Source: Octopus bimaculoides (lineage: Eukaryota). Taken from it: DNA of 45,595 nt. Numbering within the stretch: position 1 is the stretch's first letter; every line of letters starts with the position of its first letter. The stretch lies in NCBI RefSeq assembly GCF_001194135.2, contig NC_068992.1:46288955-46334549 (forward strand), read 5' to 3'. Under the pieces are notes generated by a model. That model was not told the origin of the DNA, did no database searches, and was given only the letters and a program-made list of their open reading frames with translations. The position numbers and the translations under genes were made by a program. Positions 23,906 to 36,449 of this stretch are shown in pieces.

Positions 23906-24112
23906 AATTTTGGCACAAGGCCAACCATTTCGGTGTAAAGGTTATGTCAATTTCATCGATCCCAGGGCTCAACTGATACTTATTTTATCGTCTCCGAAAG
24001 GATGAAAGGAACATTCGACCTCGGCGTAATACGAACTCAGAACGTAAAGACGAACGAAATGGTGCTAAGCATTTTGCCTCGCATGCTAACGGTTCTACCA
24101 GCTCGCCGCCTT
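23906..24112 (-). mobile_element. tRNA-derived SINE, family A (near full length)
   Basis: The reverse complement starts AAGGCGGCGAGCTGGTAGAACCGTTAGCATGC..GTTCTGAGTTCGTATTACGCCGAGGTCG..GATAAAATAAGTATCAGTTGAG..GGCCTTGTGCCAAAATT. Confidence 0.9.
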
Positions 24113-24125
24113 AATTTAAAAGCAA

Positions 24126-24168
24126 ACTCAATCTCGGCGGGAGTTCGAACTCAGAACGTAAAGATGAA
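24126..24168 (-). mobile_element. Second partial copy of SINE family A (B-box region)
   Basis: CTCGGCGGGAGTTCGAACTCAGAACGTAAAGATGAAC repeats 24019-24056. Confidence 0.75.
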
Positions 24169-24431
24169 CAATACCAGTATTGTATTAAATGCATGTTAAA
24201 TAGTCTGTACTATCTCATTACGAATTCCTAGGTCTTCATATTTCCGAAGAATCAATCAATATTATTATTAAAGTGGCCACAGAGATATTTTTGTTGCTAA
24301 ATATAGCAGAGCAACTAAGCAAAATAGGGCGGGCTTATCTCTGAAAATTCAATATTTGACCAACTATATCTTGTGATTAACCAATAAATATATACACAAA
24401 TAAATAAATGGATAAATGAATAATAAAATAA

Positions 24432-24466
<35 letters not shown>

Positions 24467-25011
24467 TAAAAGGGGACTTATTTATATTTATTGACATTTT
24501 TTTTGTATATATGTTATGGAAGAAAATATCTAATAATGTTCTGTCAAAAGAGCTCCGGAATAAATATGAGCTGCCCTTGTGTTAAAGTGATGTTTCAGAT
24601 ATCAGATATCTATATCATATATTCGGAGCGTTTATTCAGAGATATAGCGCTACTGTTACTTTTACGAATATAATTGGATTTCCAGAAAATATAATTTAGG
24701 TAGTAGTCAGTTTGTCAAGAAATTCCAACAACTGTTACGACAAAACTGACCATTATAGCGCAGTTTTGGAAGTAGAAAGGTTCAAGTGATTTAATAGCAC
24801 TAAGATCAATGTATATGCCTTGAGTCTGCGTACTAAACAGGTTGACTACTAAAAATGGTAGTTGGTCACAGAAAATTAGAGAGGGGGAAAAACAAAATCT
24901 ATCTATATAACGATATCTCTCATTCATTCTCTCTCTTTCTCTTTGTCTCTCTCTTTCTCTCACTCTCTATATATATGTGTATGTATGTATATATACATAT
25001 ACATACATCTC

Positions 25012-25056
<45 letters not shown>

Positions 25057-25990
25057 ATAAAACAAAAAGTAACAAAGTGATGGAAAAGCTACAACGAGGA
25101 TGATATCTAAGAATCTGTTTGAAATGAAAACCGGGCAAATAAATGATCAATGATTTTTATCCATGCAAGCCATAGTAACTAAAGCTATAAAAACTCTATA
25201 AATAGAAAATGAATTACTTTGTTGTTGTTGTTTATTCTGTTATTATTGTATTTATTGTTGTTTATTTCGTTGTTGTTTATTTTTCTGTATAATATATTTT
25301 TGCCGGATTATTTACGTGTGTTCTTTTCACTGAAATACAGCAATCATTTTTATCTCCTCCTATGCGCCGATTTTCATTTAGTTTTTGTTGCTAATATGTG
25401 CGTATCTCTCTGTGAATGTGTGTATGAGTGTGTGCGTGCATATGTGTGTGTGTGTGTATGTGTGTGTTGTTAACCCCAGGGAATACTACAAACAATAAAA
25501 GAAAAGTAGAGACAATGGCAACAATTTCATCCTAATTGAAGATCGAATTGCAGACCGTTTTTCTGCAGACACATGCATATGTATATGTATATNNNNNNNN
25601 NNNNNNNNNNNNNNNNNNNNNNNNNNNNNNNNNNNNNNNNNNNNNNNNNNNNNNNNNNNNNNNNNNNNNNNNNNNNNNNNNNNNNNNNNNNNNNNNNNNN
25701 NNNNNNNNNNNNNNNNNNNNNNNNNNNNNNNNNNNNNNNNNNNNNNNNNNNNNNNNNNNNNNNNNNNNNNNNNNNNNNNNNNNNNNNNNNNNNNNNNNNN
25801 NNNNNNNNNNNNNNNNNNNNNNNNNNNNNNNNNNNNNNNNNNNNNNNNNNNNNNNNNNNNNNNNNNNNNNNNNNNNNNNNNNNNNNNNNNNNNNNNNNNN
25901 NNNNNNNNNNNNNNNNNNNNNNNNNNNNNNNNNNNNNNNNNNNNNNNNNNNNNNNNNNNNNNNNNNNNNNNNNNNNNNNNNNNNNNNNNN

Positions 25991-26024
<34 letters not shown>

Positions 26025-26344
26025 CATACATAGACAGCTACGCACACACACATATAAATGCTCATATATATAGATCTATATTCATGTAAATATATTTGTG
26101 TGTGTGCACGTGTGTGCACGTGTATGCATATGTATCTATTTCTCTCTCTCTCTCTCTCTCTCATTCAACCTCTCTTCTGTAGCCGCACACACTCAAAATC
26201 ATCCTTATGCACATATAGGCGTATATACATTTGTCTAACTAGATACTAGATAGGAAAGGAATAATCAGATAATAAAGAAAACATCACTGATAAAACTTTA
26301 CTATTTTTAAGCATTTTCTCATGTTATTTAAGCTTTGATTATTT

Positions 26345-26520
26345 CTGCCTCCAGTATCTTCTTTCTACTTCGCTTGCCCTCCACGACCAGTTGTCGTTTG
26401 TGAGAATTCCCATCAGCTCTCGTGGAAATTGAGACTTTAGAAATGGACTTGCCCACATAGAATAGGAGTCTGCATAGGAATATGAATTCTTTGGAAAGAT
26501 AGGATTGTGAGCACTGTAAT
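26345..26520 (-). mobile_element. Possible decayed RTE-clade LINE C-terminal fragment
   Basis: Minus strand reads KEF..CRLL..ISTRADGNSHKRQLVVEGKRSRKK (cf. GHI.R.DG.SLEK.IV.GKVEGKRSRGR). Confidence 0.42.
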
Positions 26521-26648
26521 TATATCTACATATTTTAATGTATGTATATGCCAATATGCATGTGTAATTTCGCACAAAATGAGATTGTATGTGTGTGTAT
26601 GCATATACATACATACATACATACATACATACATACATACAGATATAT

Positions 26649-27028
26649 GTCATTTGACTTCTTCCATGCTGGAGCACTATTTTAGTCGAGCAAATTGTCC
26701 CCATTACTTATTCTTTGTAAGCCTAGTGTTTATTCTATCGGCTTATCTTGCCGAACCGCGATGTTACGGGGGACGTAAATACACCAGCATCGGTTGTCAG
26801 ACGATGGTGGGGGTGGGGTGGACAGGCACAAATACAAACACACACACATACATATATAAATACATATCCGACGGGCTTCTTTCAGTTTCCGTCTGCCAAA
26901 TCCACTCACAAGGCTTTGGACGGCCCGAGTCCAAAGCAGAAGACACTTGACCAAGTTGCCACGCAGTGGGACTGAACCCAGTACTATGTGGTTGGTAAGC
27001 AAGCTACTTACCACACAGCCACTCCTGC
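26649..27028 (-). mobile_element. tRNA-derived SINE, family B (near full length; CORE-like central motif)
   Basis: Reverse complement: GCAGGAGTGGCTGTGTGGTAAG (A-box)..GGGTTCAGTCCCAC (B-box)..GGCAACTTGGTCAAGTGTCTTC (cf. CCTTGGGCAAG CORE-like)..internal (TG)n..GACAACCGATGCTGGTG..GCTCGACTAAAATAGTGCTCCAGCATGG..GTCAAATGAC. Confidence 0.92.
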
Positions 27029-27159
27029 ATACACATACATATATATGTATGTATGTGTGTGTATATGCATGTATGCACACACACACAGACACACACATAC
27101 ATATATATGTACATACATATATAATCTTTCTTTGTTTTTATTGTATTATGTATGTATTT

Positions 27160-27209
<50 letters not shown>

Positions 27210-27354
27210 GTGTGTACACATTTGCATATATAAGCATATAGGGAGTTTTGCNNNNNNNNNNAAAAAAAAAAAAAAAAAATAGCAAATACCAATTTTTAAT
27301 AAAATGTCTTTTTATCAATCATCGATACACAACAGAAATCACTTAACATGGAAG

Positions 27355-28600
27355 TTAAAAGAAATATTGTTTTCTGCCTTTCTTAACACCAAAAGCATTA
27401 GTTATTTGGTCAACAGTTTTGGCAATAGGCACTTTGGCATACTTTTCGCCCAATTTTTAGATCGTCGCAGTTTTTGTTGCGATCGACTTATTGTTTTCGT
27501 CAGGAATGTTTTCATGTGTCCAATGTCACTGTATGAGAGTACTGCAGGAGACGATGTGGCAGGATTGACTGTCTTGATACCAGTAATTACATAGAAATTT
27601 GGCAGTGCATTTTAAAGACGGTTTTTATAAAGTTTCAGCAATAGATAACCGTTACAGTGAAGCTTATTAAATTCGTGTGTTCCATGAGTAATTTTTCTAA
27701 GACAGCATTCCCATCTGTGAGAGATCAACACCATGTGATCAATATAACGAATCGACAGTGCACACGGAGCGAAATGACGCGTCAGGATCGAGGACATTAT
27801 AAAAGTGCACACAGCCTTGATCGGTTAAACAATGATTCTCATCCTACAATGACCGTATGCACACTGGTATAATAATTAAACTTACGATGGCAGTCTTTGG
27901 TAGATTGACCCAGTGGAACTTCCATTGTTTATTCAGAAGCAAGAATTTACAATCGACAAGATATTTATTTCCTTTTCTGAACTTCTTGTTCCTTGATTAT
28001 AAATCGAGGTGTGACTTGTTTGAAAGTTTTATCTACTATCTCGAAGCCTTTTTAAACACATTAACACTTTTTCTGTTTGAAATGAATAAGCCTTTCCTTG
28101 GTTACTGTAGCAGTTTTTCAGCTGATATAACTTCTATAATCATTTTTTCCTTCTGACGTTTTTCTAATTGACAGTATCATTTTCAGACCGACTACTTTTT
28201 TCTTATTACCAAACCTCAATATGCATCACTCATATTCGCTATACCATCAAAATATCATCCAACATTTCCCCCTCATGTTTTAACCTCAGTCTTCTGAGTG
28301 CAGCTTTAACTAATTCATAGAAAACATACCCTTCAGTCGAATATGTACTGAGTCAGATGATTCTCTGATTTCTCCCTCGGTGAAATATCTCATGCATATT
28401 CTGACTTGCTCAATGGTAATGAAAATCCTCAACACTTTCCACATTAGTTTGCTATAGTTGTCTCAAAAACAACCTTTTATGATATCAATAATTTCCTTTT
28501 GGACAATTGATGGGGTTTGTTGCATATTGTATCTTAAGTTTTCTTGTAGACAAAGAATATCCTTGGTCCGAAAATATAGAGGTTCCAAAAATTACTATGG
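27355..28600 (-). mobile_element. Decayed, internally deleted hAT transposase remnant (ZMYM1/Tip100-like)
   Basis: Minus strand reads VQKEIIDII (28481-28513), IEQVRICMRYFTEGEIRE (about 28360-28416) and DGIANMSDAY*GL (28211-28250; cf. DGA.NMSG...GV). The C-terminal dimerisation domain reads LPNFYVI..VNPATSSPAVLSYS...MKTFL..TIS, then DQITNAFGVKKGRK..FF*. Confidence 0.75.
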
Positions 28601-28839
28601 AGTTGGAAACTTAGTCTAAATTAAAACGATCGTCTGCAGGATCACGTTTTGTTGTGTAGAGAAGAGAGTTTCCCTAACGAAGTTCAAGTACTCTCTGCCT
28701 CAGGTGACTTCCAGTGTGTGTTTAATATCTCGTAGATTCAACACCAACATCTTTTGTTTTGTGTTGCTTTGAAGATCAAGAGTGTCTGTGACGTCCATTC
28801 CAAACTATATCGTTCATGAAATGGAACGAAAACTAATGA

Positions 28840-29142
28840 GGATGATGATGATGATGATGACGATGACGATGAAGACGACGACTACGACGATGACGATAAT
28901 GACGATGATGACGACGACGATGGTAATTATAACGGTGATGCTGTTCATGATGATGATGAAGAAGATGATGATGATGATGATGATGATGATCATGATGATG
29001 ATCATGATGATGATCATGATGATGAGGACGATGGTGAGAACGACGACGGCGCGTATACTAATGGCAACAAAAACGACGACGGCGACGACTAAAAATATGT
29101 TGATGATGATGATGATGATGATGATGACGACGATGACGACGA
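28840..29142. repeat. Compound (GAT/GAC)n low-complexity tract
   Basis: Directly visible. It is the source of the poly-M/T/I/S ORFs. Confidence 0.92.
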
Positions 29143-29169
29143 AGTAATTACTCCGATGTATTTAGTTCG

Positions 29170-29320
29170 GTTCTTTCTAATTCCTGCCACATCCGCTTGT
29201 GATCGGTAAAGCAACAATGGTGATACAATATTGTTTGACATCAATACGATAGAACAATATGTTAAAGCTATTGAAAAGAAGTGTATAATTGTAGTATTTA
29301 TTAAATTAGAGCCAGAAAAT
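29170..29320 (+). mobile_element. Possible hAT dimerisation-domain remnant
   Basis: LIPATSACDR*SNNGDTI...IIVVFIK loosely resembles IPATSA.SER.FS.AG.I...LVFL. Confidence 0.28.
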
Positions 29321-30260
29321 TGAATCATGACTGCATTCATAAATAATTTTTGTAGTTTTTCAGTGATTCAGGCCAATGAAAATAATTAGCGCAGTTGTTG
29401 GAAGTTTAGTGGAAAGGTGATGCTTCACAGTTTGTGAATAGTTGAATGGTGAGAATATAGAATAGCATCGAGTTAATGAGTGGCGACTGGTGTTAAAGGT
29501 GTTAGTGCGAATGTAGAGACGATGGTAGCATTGTTGGTGCTGTTGGTGGTTGTAATAAAGATGGTGGTAGAGTTAGTGTGTGTCATAACGTGCAAACAGA
29601 ATAGAGCGATCTAATATGGTTTCAAATATATGTTATGGAATAATTGTAAAATGGCAGGGGGACGCATGGGTGAGGTTGGAGCAGTTAGAAGCAGTTAGAA
29701 GCAGAGAGGACAAAGAGACGTAAGGCGGAAAGGAAGGAGGAGGAGGAGAAGAAGAAGAAGAAGAAGAAGAAGAGGAAGCGAGAGAAAGAAGAAATAAAGA
29801 AGAAAAAAAGAAAGTGTGGTAATATAGGCAAAGAAAAGAAGAGGAAATATGTCTAAAAATGAAAAGAATAATATGTAAAATAACGTGAAGGGAATCAAAT
29901 TACGATGGTGGTTCTATGAAAGTAAAGAAGCAATAAATGTGGTGTGGGAGGCGGTTGAAGTTAATTATGGAACATAAAACCTGAATTTTGGGTCAATTGT
30001 TGGCTGTAATAGGTTATTTTTATGGATTCCATGATTTGTCCGCCATCAATTCTCAAAGACATCATTACCTGCGAAATGTCTACGTTGCTGTGTCGCTTAC
30101 AATTTCATAATTGGTGAGGTGCTAATTCCTATTCCTCTACTTCATCCACCTCCTCCTCCTCCTCATAATCATCATCATCATCATCATCCTCATAATCATC
30201 ATCATCAACATCATCATCATCATCATCATCTGCACCATCATATATATATANNNNNNNNNN

Positions 30261-30297
30261 CTAACCCCAAGATTCCGAGTTCGATTCCAGGCAGTGA

Positions 30298-30335
<38 letters not shown>

Positions 30336-30480
30336 TCGAAAAATATCTTAGGAATGAGAACCCAGGTTCGAAATTTCCCTAAGACGCCTGATGAAGGCTG
30401 GAGGGTATATCAGCCGAAACATTGTGTTAAGAACAAACAAGATGAAGACAAATATCTGTCAAATGTAAATAATGTAAAGA
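30261..30480 (+). mobile_element. Non-autonomous element (family F): tRNA-like B-box head, (AAT)n, and a Penelope-like tail with a hammerhead
   Basis: B-box GTTCGATTCC at 30279-30288 (the 5' end is lost in the N gap), (AAT)n at 30302-30334, hairpin CTTAGG/CCTAAG (30347-30383), the hammerhead core, and terminal AATGTAA repeats at about 30463-30478. Confidence 0.72.
30383..30428 (+). ncRNA. Minimal type I hammerhead ribozyme motif
   Basis: GACGC (stem I) - CTGATGA (30388-30394) - A - GGCTG/GAGGGTATAT/CAGCC (stem II) - GAAAC (30416-30420) - AT-T - GTGTT (stem I). Stem III reads AC-AT instead of the palindromic AC-GT. Confidence 0.75.
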
Positions 30481-30691
30481 ACATTGTTGACAGTGACTGC
30501 GATGTTTCGGCCCAGCCAAGCCATCACCGTGCTGCGGTGAATTAGAGTTAGTATTGCCTTCAAATTATTGTTGTTCGCAATGATTGCTGACCAGAAGGAG
30601 AAAAAAGTTGTCCCTATTCTAGTAGTTTGGCCTGTCGTATCTCGAAGAACTTGTTTCTTATTTGTTCTCAAATGCACAAAACAAATTATAA

Positions 30692-30992
30692 ACATGAGCT
30701 AGAAACCTTAGGGTTCATGTATTTTTTTTTGGAGGTGGGGGGGGGGCTGTACACCCAAGGAAAATAATAAGTTGGGTTCACAGTATTTTAAGAGTCCACG
30801 AAAAAAAAGTTGCTTTAGATATATTTATTTCAAGAAACAGCTAAGTTTTTTTTGTCTCATGTTTGACATAGTTCAACCTATGTGTGAAAGACTAAATAGG
30901 AATTTTGAGAGAAGTAACTGTAAAACTAGTTTTGAACATCGAATAGTAATCAAAAGGTCCGGAGGTAAAAAAAAAAATAGTTGAGAGCCACT
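30692..30992 (+). mobile_element. hAT (Charlie-like) MITE, degenerate left end and better preserved right end
   Basis: Ends in TAGTTGAGAGCCACTG (cf. TIR GGTTGAGAACCACTG). Its 3' part is shared with 12868-12954. Confidence 0.55.
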
Positions 30993-32515
30993 GGGTTAGA
31001 TTTTGTTAGGTGATGATGAAAAGTTAGCAGCACGAGAGGATACAAGTAGCGAGAGGAGATGCAAGCAACAAGAGGAAACCTGTCAGTGAAAACTTTCTTA
31101 TGACTTCTTTCTCCAAGAAAAACTTCCCCGCTTTCAAATCACAACCACCCTCAACACGACTACTGTGACTGTCATGCAACATTTAGTAGAAAGCCGTGTT
31201 AGTAACAGCATCGACGACATGTTGAACAGCACAAGCAGCAGCAGCAGCAGAAGAAGAAGAAGAAGTAGAAGAAGAAGCAGTAACAGCAACACCAACAACA
31301 GCGTGCCAAGGAGCGGCAAGATCAACAACTCGTCGAACATCAACAACAGCAACACTATCACCGACGGTAGGGAATATAAGAACGACAGCGTCACGATTAA
31401 GGAGAAATTGGAAAGCGCAACAAAGCAACTTTAACGACGCCTCTCCCATCGCCAGTAGAATGGTATTCCATACCAGCGTCAGCAAAACCACCAGCACCGC
31501 CGCCGCCACCGCTACCACCGCCGCCGACACCGACACTGCGACGAATAGGAGAAATATATTATTAAAACCAGCCGTTCTCTCAATTGCAGGCTAACTCTGT
31601 AAAATAACATTAATTTCTGTCTCTGACTCCCTCCCTCTATCTCTCTCTCTTACACAATCTTTTGCTCTCTTTCTCTTACTCTTTCTCCTCTGTCCATTCG
31701 AAAATAATTCTTCTCTCTTGGATGACTGAACTTTTGGTCTGATCTTTAACAAGCTGCCAGAATTTTTAAAACCAAGATCTCATATGCGAAACTAAATTTC
31801 CTGCTGGGGATACATATATCCTCTTCAACTAACTCTTATGTCTCATGGACAGCTGATGTAGCGTCTTACAGAGACAACGGGATAGAAAGAGAGTGAGAGA
31901 GAGAGAGAGAGAGAGAAAGAGTAAGTGAGAAGGAGAGAGAGAGAGAAAGAGAGAGATGGGGAGAAATTGTATAGTTTCATTATTAAAGGATATAACGTTA
32001 GAATTGATAGTCGAAATATATTTGCTTCAAGTAAACAGTTTTGCCATCAATGGCCACTTAATCTGGATAAAGAAAATTTCCTTGAGCCAAAAGAAGTGAG
32101 GGAAATATTGCCAGGACATAGATTATTTATCTATTTTCATTTGTTGATTGTTTTTCTCACTCCAACTTCTTGCCGTACGACTCCGCCATTATACAATGTT
32201 TCATATTCACTACTTCCGGCATTTTCCTTCAAATCTTTGTATCTTCTGTTTAAAGTCTTTCTTTATTTCTTTTTTTTTCTTTTCATTTTCTTCCTCTGGA
32301 CTCTTCTCGTTGAACAATTTTCACCGATTCCTTGTACTACACACACATGCATGTCCACGCTCAGGTATTCATATACACACACATGCACATCTGCGCGCAG
32401 ATACTCATATACACACATATATTCACATGTATATATATGTGTGCATGTGTGTTCATTTGTGCATATACATATACAAGCATACGTGTATATATATATATAT
32501 ATAAAGATGTGTATG

Positions 32516-32565
<50 letters not shown>

Positions 32566-32863
32566 NNNNNNNNNNNNNNNNNNNNNNNNNNNNNNNNNNN
32601 NNNNNNNNNNNNNNNNNNNNNNNNNNNNNNNNNNNNNNNNNNNNNNNNNNNNNNNNNNNNNNNNNNNNNNNNNNNNNNNNNNNNNNNNNNNNNNNNNNNN
32701 NNNNNNNNNNNNNNNNNNNNNNNNNNNNNNNNNNNNNNNNNNNNNNNNNNNNNNNNNNNNNNNNNNNNNNNNNNNNNNNNNNNNNNNNNNNNNNNNNNNN
32801 NNNNNNNNNNNNNNNNNNNNNNNNNNNNNNNNNNNNNNNNNNNTATATATATATATATATAGT

Positions 32864-32906
<43 letters not shown>

Positions 32907-33476
32907 GCATCTTCATGTTTGTTTGTGTGTGCTTGTGTAATAAACATACATGTGTACATACACGCATACATGCACACATATTACCTATAATAGATATAAT
33001 TATTGAAAGGAAGTTGAAAGTTTATATTTATTTATTAATCACAGCTGCTCCGGGAGATAACAGAGGGCAGCACTGAATATTTAAACAAAAATAACACAAG
33101 CGCCATTACTATTGAAGGAAATGCCATATTTTGGTGTGATGCCCTGGACCGAAAATTTTAGAATTATTTTCTCTAAACCTGAAGTCCCCGAGTCTTGACT
33201 TGAGCTAGATATTTTGTTGTTGTTGTTGTTGTCACCGTCGGTGGTGTTACCGTTGTCATTATTGTCATTGCTGTTGTTGTCTTTGTTTTTTTTTGTTTTT
33301 GTTGTTGTTGTTGTTATTGTTGTTTAGTCTCAGAGTAAACCTGATTCAACCAGCTGCGTTCATGTAAAATCTTTCTGCGTCAAGACTTGTCGTCTTGGTC
33401 TGGGAATGTTATATTCTTATTGCTCAACCTAATTTCGCTGTAAGTTTTGGTGGCCAGGGCAGAGACGGTAATCTAT

Positions 33477-33640
33477 GAGTGCATTAAGTTCCATGTGTTA
33501 GGTATGTGTAGTTTAAGTTATATGTGGTGCATATATGTGTGTTCTACGTTATGTGTGGTACGCATGATTACTGTACTATGAGTACTCTAAGTTATATGTG
33601 ATGCATGCGAGTGCTCTAAGTCACATATGGTACACGTGAA
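33477..33640. repeat. Degenerate approximately 29-31-bp minisatellite
   Basis: About 5 units resembling GAGTRCTCTAAGTTATATGTGGTRCAYRT. Confidence 0.65.
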
Positions 33641-33781
33641 TATATTAATGCACTGTTTTGCTTTCTTTACTATGTCATCTATATATATAAAGAATGTTAC
33701 GAAAATGTAATATATAACTCCGAGTATATACTGTTTTGTGTGTGTGTGTGTGTGTGTGCATGCACGAGTCTGTGTATGTGA

Positions 33782-33837
<56 letters not shown>

Positions 33838-33899
33838 TATTCTTATATTGCTGAATATAATGTTTAGTTGTATTTGATATTCTCAGTGTTGCAGGTTAG

Positions 33900-34601
33900 A
33901 AAGAACACTAGATTTGGTAGATGTCGTTTTAGTTTATCATTTCAAAATCTGATTTGTAGACGATTGATGTAACGGTAGAAAAGTTGAATAGTTGTGTCTT
34001 GGTAGCACCGAGTAATGTGAATGCATTGGTTTCTTTGTGTATGCTTCTGTGTTTCTTTGTAAGTTTTACTATGTAGGAATAAATTGAAAATAGTGTTTGA
34101 GTGAATGGTAGATTCTTGTAGGGCATTTTAATTAGATATAGATAGCCAGGGGTGGAGTGAATTGTTTTGATGATACTGAGGATATTCGCAATGGTGTATA
34201 TAGGGTAATCGTATGGTTTTGAAGGTGTCGCGTATGTGATTAGCAGAGAATGGCGTGAATTTAGAAAGAGGAACGTGTGCTAGCGATATCGATTTTTGGT
34301 TTTGTTTTAGGTTTCAGAATTGTTATAATTTTCACCAATTTTGAAATTTCAAGAATTTGGCAGTGCTGGAATGAATAATTAAAGATACTGGTAATTGAAA
34401 CAATTCCTCCCGTCCTTGGGTGATTAAGTGTAATGGGAAGTTTATGGACAACTACAGGAGGGTAATAGAACGTTTGACAAGTTCGGTTTTAATGTGAATC
34501 TAAACGATTTGGGGCTCTTTCTCTTGACCAGACACCGAGGAAAAAAGAAAGACTGACTGGCAGAAAACTGAGGCACACACACACACACAGATAGATAGAT
34601 G

Positions 34602-34654
<53 letters not shown>

Positions 34655-35520
34655 GTTGGTAGGTTATCAGGTAGTTATAGTACAAGAAGGGGTTAGGGTA
34701 TTGTTAGTAAGGTTGTGGGAATAAAGCATGATTTGTATATATTTGTGATTTTGGCGAGAGATATCTGAAGGTACAGTTGTTTTCATTTCTTTCTGGTGAG
34801 AAAGAGATGATCAGTAGATGGCGTAGATTGAAGCCGTGAGCATTGTGTCTCTGTAAAAAAATTGTTTAATAAGTGAGTGTAGTTGCTGCTAAATTGTTGT
34901 TATAGTACCTGAAGTTGTTATTGTGAGATGAGGTGTAGTGTGGCTGCTGATAGAGTTGTTAATATTGTTAATTACTTTGTTAAAGTCATTAATGTTACTA
35001 ATTACTTTGTAAAGTGTTTTATTGCTTGTTTATATGGTTAATTCTGGACACAAATATTTACCAATTGTTATGCTTTATTTGGTTAATTCACTCTGTTTTC
35101 ATTATTTAGTTTTCTTGATACCGAGTTTTATTTCTATTTTATTTGAAGTGTCCCCTGTTTTCTGTTTTTTTTTTATTTGTATTAGATTAGTTATTTCAGT
35201 TATGTACTTCAGTTTGTATTTATTGATGTTCCCTTGTAGCAACTATGTTTAGAAGCTCCTAGAATCATTTTATCGAGTGTATTTACGGCAGTATCTATAT
35301 CGGGGGACTGTGAACCTTAATGTTGTTTCTTTGGAAAAGTGATTCCACTAAAAGTGAATTCACGGTTTTATTTTTGGACTTTGTAAAAGTGTTTTCGATA
35401 TGTTCGTGGTTGTCTGATAGTGTTCAGATGATTTCGGGGAGTTGGTGGAAGAAGGAGTGAATGAGTGTTAACATGTGGTTAGGGATAGCTAGATGTGTGA
35501 AGTAGGAAGTGAGGAAAAGG
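33900..35520 (-). mobile_element. Very old Jockey/I-group LINE ORF2 remnant (APE end, linker, RT start), interrupted by an (AGAT)n tract
   Basis: Minus strand reads HI*LSLTT..SSEHYQT (cf. IDL...SDHYPI), DIDTAVNTLDKMILGAS (cf. EID.AV..LT..I..A) and LVKIITILKPKTKP..ASTR (cf. AKIIPI.KP.K....SYRP). The minus strand is A/C-rich. Confidence 0.45.
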
Positions 35521-35945
35521 CTGTTGTACTTATTATTGTTGATGTTATCAAGCCACAGCCAAGTCTTAATCAAGTTGCCCCACCAGACCTTCCAGCCTTG
35601 AGTATCACGTAGTATATTTCAGAACACATATCACAATGTGTCTTTCGCTTTTTTAGGTGATAGATTGAGATTTATAGAAGATTTCGAGTAGTTATTTCTA
35701 GTGAGTAGAATTTTCTTTATTGGTTCACATTTGTTTAGTTATATTGATAAGGTATTTTTGTGTTTTACGTGGTTTATTTAATATGTAAAAGAGATTTCCT
35801 TGTAATGCTATTATATCTCCTCTTGTGTTATCTGTACTGTTTTTGTACCAGAATGTACTTTTAAGATTAAAGCGCAGCTCCAAAATTATGTTGCACGATA
35901 TTTTCCCAGCTATAATGTGACTCATATTAATATGTTGCATGTTCT

Positions 35946-36112
35946 AAGGCGGCGAGCTGGTACACTCGTTAGCACGCCAGGCATAATGCTTATCGAATTT
36001 CACCCGTGATTATGTTCCGAGGTCGACTTTCGGGGTTGATAAAACAAGTACCAGTTGAAAACCGGGGTCAATGTAATCGAATTTCCCGTTCCCCCAAATT
36101 TGTTTACCTTGG
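35946..36112 (+). mobile_element. tRNA-derived SINE, family A (with internal deletions)
   Basis: AAGGCGGCGAGCTGG..GTTAGCACGCCAGGC..ATGCTTA..CCGAGGTCGACTTT/CGGGGTTGATAAAACAAGTACCAGTTG..GGGGTCAATGTAATCGA. Confidence 0.88.
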
Positions 36113-36319
36113 GCTAAAATATAGTACCAATATACTGTATAATAAATTGCTTTTGGGTGAGGCAAGTGTGCTGTAAAACAAGTCTGTTATAAAGTAAGAC
36201 ATGTCTTAGGGAAAATTTTCGTAAAAGAAATTTCACGAAAGAGAATAATTTTTTTCTGTATAAGGAAAAGACAGTGCAGGTATCTCAAGTTGTTCTCTTC
36301 GTTTCACGCTCGTATTGTA

Positions 36320-36366
36320 TGATGATGATGATGATGATGAAGATGATGATGATGATGATGATGATG

Positions 36367-36445
<79 letters not shown>

Positions 36446-36449
36446 TAAT
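36320..36449. repeat. (GAT)n followed by (AAT)n microsatellite
   Basis: Directly visible. Confidence 0.95.

Noticed and set aside
24552-24629. Imperfect inverted repeat GCTCCG(G)AATA(A)ATATGA / TCATATATTCGGAGC
   Set aside because: Short, gapped and AT-rich, with no target-site duplication or second copy seen. It is insufficient to call a MITE or hairpin RNA.
31925-32565. Approximately 213 stop-free codons before the gap
   Set aside because: It starts in (AG)n and ends in T-rich and (AT/AC)n sequence. It has no recognisable domain or splice signals and is consistent with chance in low-complexity DNA.
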